Shown here: piece by piece, positions 50,571-62,114 of the stretch | Position numbering within the stretch: position 1 is the first letter of the stretch | How the letters are laid out: each line of letters starts with the position of its first letter | Assembly (NCBI RefSeq): GCF_000143415.4 | Contig: NW_003314277.1 | Span: forward strand, 679,878 to 743,877 | DNA from: Selaginella moellendorffii | Lineage: Eukaryota > Plantae > Lycopodiophyta | DNA: 64,000 nucleotides | Reading direction: 5' to 3' | Notes under the pieces: model-generated | Database searches by the model: none | What the model saw: only the letters and a program-made list of their open reading frames with translations | Told to the model about the DNA's origin: nothing | Program-made: the position numbers and the translations under genes

Positions 50571-51895
50571 TGTAAGTGACTAAATTTTCCATTCTACTTT
50601 AGTCACTTAACCACACCTCCAACCACTTGAAGGAGTCTCACTCACAACCTCCATAAGTCTTATTTCGGACTTGGGCTTGCTAGCCTTGAGAATGGCATCC
50701 CCACCACTCGACCTTTGCACTCACTCCACGTGTCCGATCTCATGACCGACACCCCAAGGTACCATCGATATATCAACCTATTACGCTAAGGCCATGCCCT
50801 TTCACCTTGGTCACACCAGTGGTCTAACACCACCTGCATCACAGTCCTGTCTCTCAAAGACTAGGCCATCTGTCCATGAGTGATCATCCTAGATCCACTC
50901 CTTAGCATCCTTAGGATGCCCACAGACATGGGGAATCACCTTCCCCAACATCTCTTTTCCGGTCCCCACCAAGTCCCTTTTTGTCCATGGCTGTGTTCGC
51001 CAACACTGCCACTAGATCGAGGCCTGCAAACCTGACCTCTAAGTCTCACTGTCCTTTGGGACTTCCTCACCATATGACCGTATCCTTGGTCACTGCACTA
51101 GAGGATTGCTCCTCTTCCTTTTCACCGTCTGGGACTTTAAGACAACATTTCGGAACACCGTGGCCTTATGCAAGCCTCATGGGTACTCTCCCCACCTTCT
51201 GCCTTTGGGTGCTCTAGCCATGGGCTTAGAGTGAGGTTCCGTTGAGCCACACTAGGTATCCAAGTAGGTAGTGCCACCCACACTTGGACTGGGAGCATCG
51301 GCCAGTCGATCTCCCAGAGGAACTAGAGCCGGCTCTTGAACACTTCACCAAGTTACCCCACTTGTCAGTCCGTGTTCACTCTAGCCTTGGACTTCTCAGT
51401 GGGCAGCTCATCACCCAACACTGGGTACAGCCTTCCTGGGCCAAACTGGCCTTTCCTGGCCAAACTGGCTCTACTGCAGTCCTCCCCACTTACTATACTT
51501 TTGGAGCTCACCAAAACCCCCAAGGTCTGAGAGACGAACGCTTTGGGCTTTCACCCTCTCAGACTCGGACTCGGACTTGAACTCGGACTCGGACTAGGAC
51601 TTGGACTCGGGCTCGGGCTCGGTCTCGGCCTCGGCCTCGGTCCCGGTCTCGGTCCCGGTCCCATCTCGGACTCCATCTCGGACTCCATCTCAGGTCCATC
51701 TTGGGTCCCTTTTGGAGCCTCGCTTATTGTTCGCTTCGTGCTTGTTCCTTGAGCACTTTGTTGGGAGTTCCACTCGACCTTTCAAGTTGGAGCTTTCAGT
51801 CCAAACGTGTTATGCTTGTTTGGCTTTTGCTTTGGCCACTACCACGTGGCACCCTTTCAGCTCCACTTTGGGGCCTAGGGATTTTATGTCTCACA
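50571..51895 (-). mobile_element. Family-A solo LTR
   Basis: TGTAAGT...CTCACA with perfect TSD CAAAA (50566-50570 and 51896-51900). Confidence 0.95.
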
Positions 51896-53879
51896 CAAAA
51901 TCCATTCTTGCACCCAAACGTGTACCCATTTTGATTATTATTTTCATCTCTACGTATGTAACAAAATTAGTTGCCCAATCTCATTAAATAGTATTCATTG
52001 AGAATTTTCCTTTGATACCAAATATAGCACATGTGGTTTTCACTCTTTATCGTATGGTGATTTATCATATGATAACCATAAAGTGGAACCTAAACCCTCT
52101 ATATACCACATGTTACATGTCACATGCCACATGCCATATATCCAAAGAACAGTGGTATGGAACTTGAGTTTCAAGGTCTTGGGCCACTAAATGAAAGAAC
52201 AGTGCCAAACCTTTAAGCATGGAGCAAATGAATGAAGGTACTAGAACACAAAGTGACTCCTAAACATATAGCTCAAGGAGTGAAGGAACATGAGCATAGA
52301 GTGACTTGGAACAATCCTAGAGCATTTAGCATCCTAATGCCAGAACTAGCACACAAAATAGAGCTAAATGAAGTCTAGTGTTATTTATGAGGATATAGGT
52401 ACTCCACCAACTAGCATGGTATGGAATTTGAGTTTAGACCCAAGCCAGATGTAAAATAAGAACAAGCATGCAAATAAGATTTAAACTATGCCTTAGGTTA
52501 GTTAGCTATGCCTAATCTACCCATTATCCCCACTATACATTTGGAACCCCTCCTTGAGGAACACATGCTTTGGGCTTTCACCCTTAGCTACCTTTAGTAC
52601 CAGAAGTTAGTCTCTAGGACAAGCTCAAAACTTACTAAATATGGAATGTCCCTAGATTGAACACTATTGTGTTTAAGACAATCTTTACATTATGTAAATA
52701 TGCCAAATTAGCAAATCTAAACACTTTCCATAAATAACAATTAAGACCAAACAACACTAACATAAGGTGCATGATAGCGAGGGTGTTTGGCAGCCATAAT
52801 AAGCTATCATCTAACGAATATTGAGGGACCAACCTCAATATTGCAAGGGTTTTTTATACTAGCAAGTGCAAGCTAATGACACAGGTTTCTCAAACCAGGC
52901 CGAGTATGCTCAGCAAAAAACATATAGGGTTCCTACCATATGTTTATCCAATTTAAGTGCATGGATATTGATCAATTTCTCAGCTACCTCAAGTGAGACT
53001 AATAAAGAGTCCAACAATATTGACCTCCTGCTAGGGGCTGGGTAGTTTTTGAGCTGAGCTCAAGTCAATGAAAGTCAATATAGTCCACCAAATACAAAAG
53101 TTGATGTTTAAATGATTGGTTCAAACGAACCAACAATTCTATTCAAAACTTAGAACATATTTTCAGTCCATGAAAAAGCTAAATAATATAAGTTTAATAA
53201 GAAAATAAATATCATAAGTCAAAGAAGAAACTCTATATCACCACTAAAAAATTCAACTAAAAAAAAAGCTAACTTTAGTCTTCCTCGGCATCCACATCCA
53301 CAAAAGGAGGAGTTTGTATAGTATTATGCTCTTTAACTGTGGGCTCTTATTGTATATGAGCTTGTGCCATTGCTTCTGCATAACATGGCAAATTATAACC
53401 CATGTCATCGATCCACCTAATATACACAACCATGATGGAATTACTATAATGAGAAATTTATATTTTATTATCACTTGTTATAAAATGTCCCAAGAATAGC
53501 TTCAAAACGCACTTTCTTTCTCCAATGCAAAAACTGCATGGTCAATCTCTTTAGCCACTAGCACCATCGAACCAAAACTTGCCATAGCATCAAGCACAAT
53601 CCCCTTAGGATGACAAAACAACTCTAGGAGAATTTGCATAGCCTTTGGTGAACAGTGTCAATAGCTAGGCAACTCTATATGATAGTTCTTGTCGATGACA
53701 TTCGAGATGATATTTGTTAAGCTATCATATCTTGGCAATGCCAAACCTGCATGCTCATCAACTCATGTAATACTATGACAGCAAGAGTAGTGGCAGAGAG
53801 CATAGTAGTTCCATGCTAAATTGTTATGCTCATACACACTTATGATGAAGTGAAGTATTAAGTGTGTCTCATAGTGTTA

Positions 53880-55065
53880 AAGATGTGTGGTTTAGAGAGG
53901 GAGTTCAACCTTTTATGCCATTCGAATGAAAGAAGCTATAAAAGGATAGTTTTGTGGTATTGAAACAGTTGTTGAGTGAGGCTCTAGTGCTTTGCATTGC
54001 TAATTTATCAAAACCTTACAAGATGACATGTGATGTGAGTGGTTATGCACTGGGAGGAGTTCTCATGCAAAAGGGACAGCCTATTGCATATGAAAGTTGA
54101 ACTTTAACAACAACTATGTCAAAAGAATAGCCATATCCACAAACTTGGGCTGGAAATGTCAATAGTAATTAACTATACTAAGAAAGTTGCGTAACTCGGC
54201 CATTTAAGTTGGTGTAGGCCAATTCTCCATCATAGCCACCTTCCTTGGATTCGTTTTGACACCCTTAGATATCACAATATGGCTAAGATATTTTACCTTT
54301 GACTTTACAAACTCACATTTGCTCTTTTTTCATAAAGTTTGCTGTCATAGAGTAATAAAAGAACTTTGTGCAAATACATATATTCTATATTCAAGAATAT
54401 CATCTAAGAAAATATCCACAAACTCATGAAGATAATACCCAAAAACCTCCATCATCAACCGAGTAAATGTGGCTGATGCATTCGTCAAACCAAACATTCA
54501 TCAAAGGGTATAACTGTAAACTCAAAATACCTAAATTTTGTGTTGAATGCCATCTTGGAGATAGATGCATCATCCATTGCAACTTAATGATATCCACTCT
54601 TTATATCAATCTTGGTAAACACTTGTACTTTACCAAGCTTGTCTAAAACATCATTTACATGCGGCATTGGCATTTTATCCTTCACTGTTTTTTTGTTCAA
54701 GGTAAAGTAATTAATACTTAAGTAACTTTTTGACTTGTCATTGAACTTCTTGCTCCTCTTTATAGCTCAACCGAAATGGATGCCAATAAATTAGCCACAT
54801 CCCCAACTCTAATATAATCCCATGCTCTCATAATAGGCAACCTATAAGGAAGTTCAAATGGAAAAACATAAAAAAATTCATCAAGTACATCCTATACTAC
54901 TACTTCTCTTCCACACGTGCCTTGGTCCCCCAAGTCATGAAAAAACAGTAAGTAACTCGAAAATGCTTTTCCATTATAACAAGCCTACTTCAAAGTGCCC
55001 CCATGTCCATAAAGCATGAATAATAGAGAGTAACTCTTGCTTATATATGGAATAATATTGTTCTG
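53880..55065. mobile_element. Scrambled gypsy RT and RNase H fragments inserted in the MTase-like gene
   Basis: Plus strand CDVSGYALGGVLMQKGQPIAYES (about 54030-54095). Minus strand RT homologous to 760-1340 (54450-54975) and AEQYYSIYKQELLSIIHAL (55010-55066). Confidence 0.8.
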
Positions 55066-58000
55066 CGTGATTAGGGATGTTTGAGAGTAGGCAGCCTGAT
55101 GCAAACTCAACCAATCTAGAGTCATTATTCTCCGCCATCTTTGCAAGAAGACCTTCCCAAAATAAAGAATGGGGAAGAATGACTAACATAATGCCTTCAT
55201 ATCACAACACCTTGGATGCCATATCCACCACTTGAGAATTATGGTCCGGTCGAAGGATGTTCTAGGATGGAGTGTCACCTTGTAAAGGTGATAACCCATC
55301 AGGCAAGTCGAAGAACACGAGGTCAATGCCGAAAGTATTGTTCATTCCCAATCCTCACATCCATCAATGGAACATAAAAGACTCTCAGCTCACGTTGTTG
55401 GAAAGCTGAAAGTAGTCCCTAATAACTATTTCCACATTACCAACACTTCCCGTAGAAGAAAGAGGGCGAACCTGAATATTTTTCAAAATCGGGAAATATT
55501 AAAGTTAATACATGTTTTTTATCATACCTGTTTATGTGAAGCCAATGAAGATAACTCTTGGAGGTCATCCTCTGTAGCAGTGGGGAGGGATAGAAATAAT
55601 GCATTTGTACGTTGGCATATAAAGTGCTGGCTGGTTTCTCCGACATCTACAACCAAATTACAATAAGCAAGGTCATTGGAAATCAAGTTTTTACTATTTT
55701 GGACGTCCTCACTATGGAGCTGCCTTCGTACATTTTGAGCAGTTGGGGCTGGACGAGCAACGGCAGTAGGATCTAGGGACTGAGCAACTACTATAGGATG
55801 AGATGGGGCAGGAGAGTTTTCAGGCAGGTTCTCCACTTGTTCATCTTCAATTTGCTCAATATGAATCTCGTCTATGTCCTAAGGCATCTCCACTCCCTCC
55901 AAAAGTGCCTCTACAATAAAGTGGAAACATAAGTTACTACTAGGAAGTTTTGCTCATCAAACCTAGATGACACTCAAGGTAGAGATCAAGCTCAAAAGGT
56001 GACAATGGCATTTTCTTGCACAACTCCAAGTACCATGGACAAAGTTCTCGCTCCCGCACATTGGGACAATGGAACTCTGGCTCATACATGCCAAGTTTCT
56101 TCCCACCAATTTGTGTACACTGGAGCACTTGGGCAATGATTTAAATACCTACAAAAGAGCCATGATTAAATAAGCAAGTCAATTTCTTACAATATATCTA
56201 TATGCCATATGGCATGAGAAAAATGGTTGGCCTGGCTAGTTCTTGAAATCCATGAAGCTTGAGCTGCCATCAAGAAGCCATCCATCCCCAAGCTCTTGAA
56301 GGGAAGCTTGGACATATTTTGGAAGTGTTATGCTGATGCAAGCACTAGTAAGGAACTTTGTATCCCATGCTTGAAGTAGCTCCTTAGCAGCCACAATACT
56401 TTGAGTGATATAGAGCTTCTCCTTCATCATATTCTCAAGTTTTCTCTCCAACCTTTTATCAGTGTTACGATGCCAAGTATTGAGGAGCTCCAAGCAAGAG
56501 GTTTGTTTGTTAAAGAAAGCTTGCTTTTTGCGATGTTATAAATTAATTCTTCAAGTGCTTTACCATTTCTTGCAAGGACAAGGATTTCAAAGTGGAATGA
56601 AAAAGATAGAAGGGACTAACTTACTGCCATGAGAGCATATCTCTGCAATGCAATCCAGAATCTTTATCATGTCGAATGTCTGCAATCACAAGTAGCTTCT
56701 TCACCTTTGATTTCTTCAAGTTCAAAATACACTACTCAATTTGTTGCAGTTCAAGGCTCTTTTACACCTCATCTGTCACTTACGTAATCTTCAAATATGA
56801 GTTTTGCTCCTCCTTGACAATTTGCTAAAAGAAAAACTTGTGAGTAGAAAACACAAGTTCATGCAAGAAAAGGATACTTTTGCCCAGACCGCACCCAAAA
56901 AATTCATAGGCACTTGATACCATGTAAGCAACTTTTGGACTTTACATGCTACAAATTTTGCTTGAACTACTTCCATAACCCCACGACTATACAGCATCTG
57001 GATTTCCTTGAGAGAAAGCATGCCAATATACCGCAGGTGCTTGATATTATGGACCAAGGTATGTGCTTGGAAAGCAAACTGATTAAGCCTGTAACATAGT
57101 TGGTAAGAACAAAGGTTACTAGTAAAAGATTTTTACATGTTAATCTTGTGACATGCCAAGTTGAGCCTCACAGCTTGGTTTCAATCCTATGGCTCCACAA
57201 GTGTCATTGGAACACAAATATGTTGCTTATCATCATTCTGGAACTTCTTTTGGATACACTTCCAAAATGCTAGCCACCAGTGGTTTCTATTAATAATGAA
57301 GAACATCCAGCCTACAAAGGCTTGTGTCTCCTTGTGGCATGCCATCAAAGTATCAAACTCTTGAGATTTCCTCTGCTATATTTGATCCCAAATCTGCTTG
57401 ATCTCGTGAGTAACCATGTCTATGCGATTTGTTCTGGGGAATGATGACGACACAATAAATGATCCAGCAGTGTGCTCGAGTCCAACCTCTGTGAAAGAGG
57501 TATAAATAGCCATGTTGAGGTCATAGGCTGAGCGCACCCAGTGACTTTGCTTAAGACGGCAAAGTGGAATTTGAAGATGTTGGGATCCTTTCCAAGCCAT
57601 TTCACCTAACACCATTCTTGAGCTTGGACAATAGTCTTGTGCACTTGCTCATTCAAGATCATGTCGGCCTTTAGCATAATTACCACCTCATTTATGTGAC
57701 CTTCAGGAGCAGCAAGATGTCCACCATTTCCACCACCAAGATCTGCCCCACCACCTATAGCACCAGGTGCCTCATTTCTGCCACCAAGTTCTTTTCCACC
57801 ACCTATGGCACTACCACCAGTAGCTTCTTCTACATTTCCATGCTCTTTAGAACCATCTGGTTCATACATGCTAACACCTGGATCAGGATCAACCATTGCT
57901 TGGATCTGGACACCATTGCTCCTACCATGGTCTTCCTCTGAAACAGTGCCTTGAACTTGTGAGGTGCCCCTAGTGAATCTAGCACAACGATCTAGTCGTT

Positions 58001-58125
58001 TTCCTGGAGAACGGGTCCATTGAGGTTGACCGGCATGCTTCTTTTGTTGTAGCATGATTATATGTCTGCATGAAAATGACAAATAAACTTGAGTAAACAT
58101 TAAAAAAAAGTTTTGAAGAAAAATA

Positions 58126-58692
58126 GAAGCAATTTCCTTGGTGCTGGGAAGATTGGTTCATTGCCAAACCAATCTTCCAGCACTATGGGAACAGAAAAAA
58201 AAAGAAAAAAAGAAGTAGCTCCCTTGGTGCTGAGAAGATCCGTTTGTTGCTGAATCAATTTTCCAGTGCTAAGGGAACAAAATAAAAATAAAAAGAAGTA
58301 GCTCCCTTGGCGTTGGGAAGATTGGTTCGGTAGCAAACCAATCTTCCAGTGCCAAGAAAACTAAAAAAGAAAGAAAAAGAACAACTCCCTTAGCACTGAA
58401 AAGATCGATTCAGTGGTAAATCAATTTTCTAGTGCTAAAGGAACAAAAAAAAAAGAATAAAAGAAGTAGTTCCCTTGGCACTGGAAGATCAGTTTGTTGC
58501 CGAACCGATCTTCTTAGTGCCAAGGGAACAAAAAAAAGAAAAAAAAGAAGTAATTCCCTTGGCATTGGGAAGATTGGTTTGTCACCGAATTGATCTTCTT
58601 AGCGCCAATGGAATGACAAGAAAAAAAAAAACCTAGAATCTGATGTGTTGGGAAGATCGATTCACTACTAAACCAATCATTCCAATGCAAAG
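58126..58692. repeat. Tandem array of about 6.5 palindromic units with an ~84-bp period
   Basis: Each unit is approximately AGAAGTAGCTCCCTTGGCACTGGGAAGATCGGTT-loop-AACCGATCTTCCAGTGCCAAGGGAAC plus an A-rich linker. Confidence 0.9.
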
Positions 58693-59066
58693 TAGCCATG
58701 AGGTGTAAGTTGCTCACGAACTAGGAGAAAAAGATGGGGAGATAAAAGAGCAACAAAGAGAAGCATACCTTGATTGAGGAGTGTCTTTCTAGTGTCTTAA
58801 AGAGCATCTAGCGTCCTGATTGAAAAGTATCTTGAAGCACATTGTGAGATTCAAGTGTTTTTCTCTCACCCTTCCTTGTTCAAACCCTAGTAGTAAAACC
58901 TTAAAAATTAACGATCATGATCAATAGTCACGATCAATGGTCATGATTTTCATTCTCTTTAATGGCAATTTCTTTCTAGATTCTAGTGATATGTCAATTT
59001 TTTAACAGCACTATAAACATAGATTTCACATGTTCTTTCTAAGGAGACAATCATTCAATGCTTTAG

Positions 59067-59423
59067 ATATTAATTATATAATTGATTATGAGAGGAATAA
59101 TACTGTCGAAATGAATGGGGTTATGAGTGAGAGGTGTTGATTAATCACAAGAGTTGTAGCATTAATTGCTTATTCTCACTCTCATCTCCATGCTCTTTTC
59201 CTTTCGTGTGCAGTCTTTTTGACGTGAACCAACCTTTTCGAACTTGACTCTCTCTCACTTATCACAAAAGAATGAAATTCTTTTGAAGGGAAAAGAGCAT
59301 GGAGATGAGAGTGAGAACAAGCAATTAATGCTACAACTCTCATGATTAATCAGCACCTCTCATTTATAACCCCATTCATTTCGACAGTATTATTCCTCTC
59401 ACAATCAATTATACAATTAATAT
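59067..59423. repeat. Long inverted repeat / MITE-like foldback (about 139-bp arms, about 80-bp spacer)
   Basis: 59067-59205 is the near-perfect reverse complement of 59285-59423. Confidence 0.9.
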
Positions 59424-59569
59424 GGGTGGCTCTACATTCTCATATATCTTTAGATTCTAAATGGTTGAATATTTTGTTAAAATATTTAACTTGTCCTTTG
59501 CAAGGACATAGCTAATTAAAGCTCACAATATAGAAGAATATCTTTGTTATTTCTTGTCAGTTTCTCCCT

Positions 59570-61120
59570 AAATTTTTTCTAAATGCTTGAGTAAGGAGAA
59601 GATATGAGAGAATTCTACTTGAAGTTTGATCAAGAGCCTCCAATTGTTTTCTCTAAGAGTGTTATAGAAGAGAGTTTCCTCTGCAGAAGATTCAAGTTGA
59701 AGCCAGGATCTAATTTGGTGAATGTATGTCGGGATAAGGGTAATTAGATAGAAAAATCCATTCTTCTCGACTGTGGTGTGGGAGAGAATGGGATTCAATA
59801 GGATCTTGATAGATGTACAAGTCAGGAGATTTTAGTTACAGAATCTCCGAAGCAAGCAGAGGAGACTACGTTAGTTTCACAGCCAACTATGCAAAGAGTG
59901 AAGGATGAAGTTGTTATTCTCTCCAGTGATGAAAGTGAAGAAGATGAGCTTCCTAACATAGCTTCCCAAACAAGTAGGTGTGTTCTTTCTAAACCAGTTT
60001 TTGAAGCAGTGGATAAGGCATTTTAGCAATTTCAATTATTACAGTTGGAATTGAAGGAGTTCTAGTACATAAAAGGTGAGGAGCTTCCATCTTCCTATAA
60101 TGGGCATATATTCTTCGAATTTCAAGTTTGTCAAGCAGGAAGAGGGGCATGGAGATGCGTCTTGATCCACATAATTGGTGTAGAGTAAAGACAACCCACT
60201 TCTCCCATTTTGACAAATCTGTGTCCATAGTCCATTGTGGTGGATAGCTTCAGTGTATCACTGAGAAATGCATTTCTAATCATGGCAAGAATATATGTTT
60301 CTTTAAAGGCTCAACAATCAATCCTTCTAAGCGTGATGAGGTTGTTACAGGGTTTAGATGTTGCAAATGTGGGGCAACACCTATGGACAGCAGTGCATGT
60401 TAGATACGACCAACATGCAATAGAAGGAATCTACCGTGATTCTTTTCACAATTTAAAAGCTGCTGTTACTACAGAGGCTGCAGCAGTACCATGTTTCTAG
60501 GGCTGTCAAGATCTAGCTGTAAAGGGCTGCCAGTCAAGCTGGATTTATTGTTATGGGACTAATGTTACTTATACAAATTGGATCTATAGCTCAATTATCT
60601 CGAAGCCAAATTCTGTGCCAAAGGAGTGGCTAGTTGAGTGAAGGTGCAATCTTTTGAAAGAAAAGATTGAAAGTCTGGAGAGAGTTGGTTTCAAGCTGAA
60701 AACTTCCTCAAATATTGCTATTGATACTACTATGCCACCAATATTAACACTAAACCAGCATACACGACCAACTAGAAATGGGAAGGCTATACAATATAGG
60801 TCTTCTATTTCGAAAAGTGCATAAGAGAATATCAAGCTGGCAAAAGCATTGAAATGCACAATCACAAGGATAAATTACATCAGTGCCATGGCTAAAGAGT
60901 TTGTTGTTGTGACTGAGTCGTCAAAGGGTACGAGCTACACTATTAAAATCTATGAAAATCCATCCTGTACCTGTCCAGATTTTACACAAAGGGAGAACAT
61001 GGGAAAGGTATATTTAGCCTATAAGCAAATCTATTACATTTTTATGCAGGAATTAAACCAAGATCCTAAGGTTGACCATCACATCCATTAGGCAAGCCTT
61101 ACAATTGTAGAGCTTTAGAA
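59570..61120 (+). pseudogene. Internally deleted MULE transposase (N-terminus fused to C-terminal SWIM zinc-finger region)
   Basis: N-terminal homology to 3320-4310 jumps near 60480 to homology with about 1500-1560. SWIM-like YTIKIYENPSCTCPDF...YLAYKQIYYIF. Confidence 0.8.
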
Positions 61121-61390
61121 GTGTTTTTAAATTGCTTTTAGTGTTCGGATCTATATTTATATTTGTATTTTATTGGTTGAATTACTTGGAAATATAGATT
61201 AAATCAAAATTTGAAAAATGAAAAGATATTGGTTCAGGACAAACCAATGTTTTCCTTGTGTTTGAGAAGTCGTGAGCTCATGAGCTCAAAATCTACCCAA
61301 GCTCTCCTACCGTCGTGGCAGTAAGAAAAAGAATATCCAAAAGGATTAGCTGACAGGTAACTTTCGATACCTACAATTACATTTGCAACA

Positions 61391-61680
61391 ACATCATTAG
61401 TGATCAAAATTCAAAGTTCACTAATGGATTTTGGAAGAGCTTTGCAAAGGTTATGCAAGTGACTTTGAAACTTTTGGGTGGAGATCATCCTTAGACAAAT
61501 AAGTAAACCAAATTTATGAATCAGGTGGTGGAGGATATGTTATATTGTAGTATTAGTCAAAGGTAGGGATAATGGGGTTTATATCTTCTCATTGGTATAA
61601 TTTTCCTACAATAATTGCCAATACAATGGAACCAAGTTAAATCTTTATTTTGCCATATTTGAAAGGCATCCCTAAACAGC
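61391..61680 (+). mobile_element. Degenerate gypsy integrase core fragment
   Basis: IISDQNSKFTNGFWKS...DHP*TN...NQVVEDML. Confidence 0.75.
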
Positions 61681-62004
61681 AATGGTGTTGGAGATTATAT
61701 TTGAATAAGGATGTTCAAAATAAACTTGATTCTGAGGCAACTAATTTGATATAAAATATATGATCTTGTATTCAAAGTCATCCTTGAACAACAATAGAGT
61801 TGGAATTGTATTTGAGTAAGGATGTTCAAAATAAACTTGATTTTGAAGCAACTAATCTGATATAAGATAGATGATTTTGTCTTCGTGCCATCAAATTAGC
61901 AACATAACACTTTAGTGCCTTTGTGGAATGGGAAGAGTGATAAACTTTCTCATTGATATGCTGAATATTCTTGCAAAATATTCTTACCCTATTCATTAAC
62001 CACA

Positions 62005-62114
62005 AGAATCGAACTAAGTGTTAAAATCCCATCCCTTACACCCTAAATCAACTAACTAAAAGGATGATCATTTTATTGCAAAGCCCTTTCTTTATTTTAT
62101 TATCCTAACCTAGT
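62005..62114 (-). mobile_element. Degenerate LTR remnant of the 10226-10831 TRIM family
   Basis: AGAATCGAACTA..TGTTAAAATCCCATCCCTTACACCCTAA..AAAAGGATGATCA..GCCCTTTCTTTAT aligns with 10702-10825. Confidence 0.7.

Larger units (their letters stand above)
53490..58800 (-). pseudogene. Decayed multi-exon gene: ParB/Srx-like domain + beta-class DNA amino-methyltransferase-like (N4C/N6A) domain
   Basis: IPLCRL...VR...GSFIVS...WDQI*...MFFIINRNHWWLAF (about 57260-57575) becomes IIDGNHR on reverting transitions. IDLVFFDLPDG...PS*N...KVL*YEGIMLVIL at about 55175-55327 is motif IV-VI-like. SPKAMQILLELFCHPKGIVLDAMASFGSMVLVAKEIDHAVFALEKE at about 53515-53655 is motif X-I-II-like. GT-AG introns are visible, for example about 57089-57136. 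Confidence 0.7.
53034..61304. mobile_element. Approximately 8.3-kb TIR DNA transposon (Mutator-like) with cargo gene
   Basis: Left end GGGGCTGGGTAGTTTTTGAGCTGAGCTCA versus right end (reverse complement) GAGCTTGGGTAGATTTTGAGCTCATGAGCTCA. Degenerate 7-9-bp TSD (TCCTGCTA / TCCTACCG from host TCCTGCCA). It cleanly splits an LTR and contains MULE/SWIM transposase relics. Confidence 0.8.
52023..61390 (-). mobile_element. 5' LTR of the older host family-B element, split into 52023-53033 and about 61305-61390 by a DNA transposon
   Basis: PBS relic at 52011-52020. The LTR sequence stops at ...GACCTCCTGCTA and resumes at ...CCTACCGTCGTGGCAGTAAG...CATTTGCAACA, matching 50045-50136. Confidence 0.85.

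Noticed and set aside
58126-58692. CRISPR-like array of palindromic repeats
   Set aside because: The linkers are A-rich and non-unique, the units are degenerate, the context is eukaryotic and there are no cas genes.
59295-59320. miR156-like sequence (GAGAGTGAG) in the foldback
   Set aside because: Only a 9-nt match, and the rest of the mature sequence is absent.
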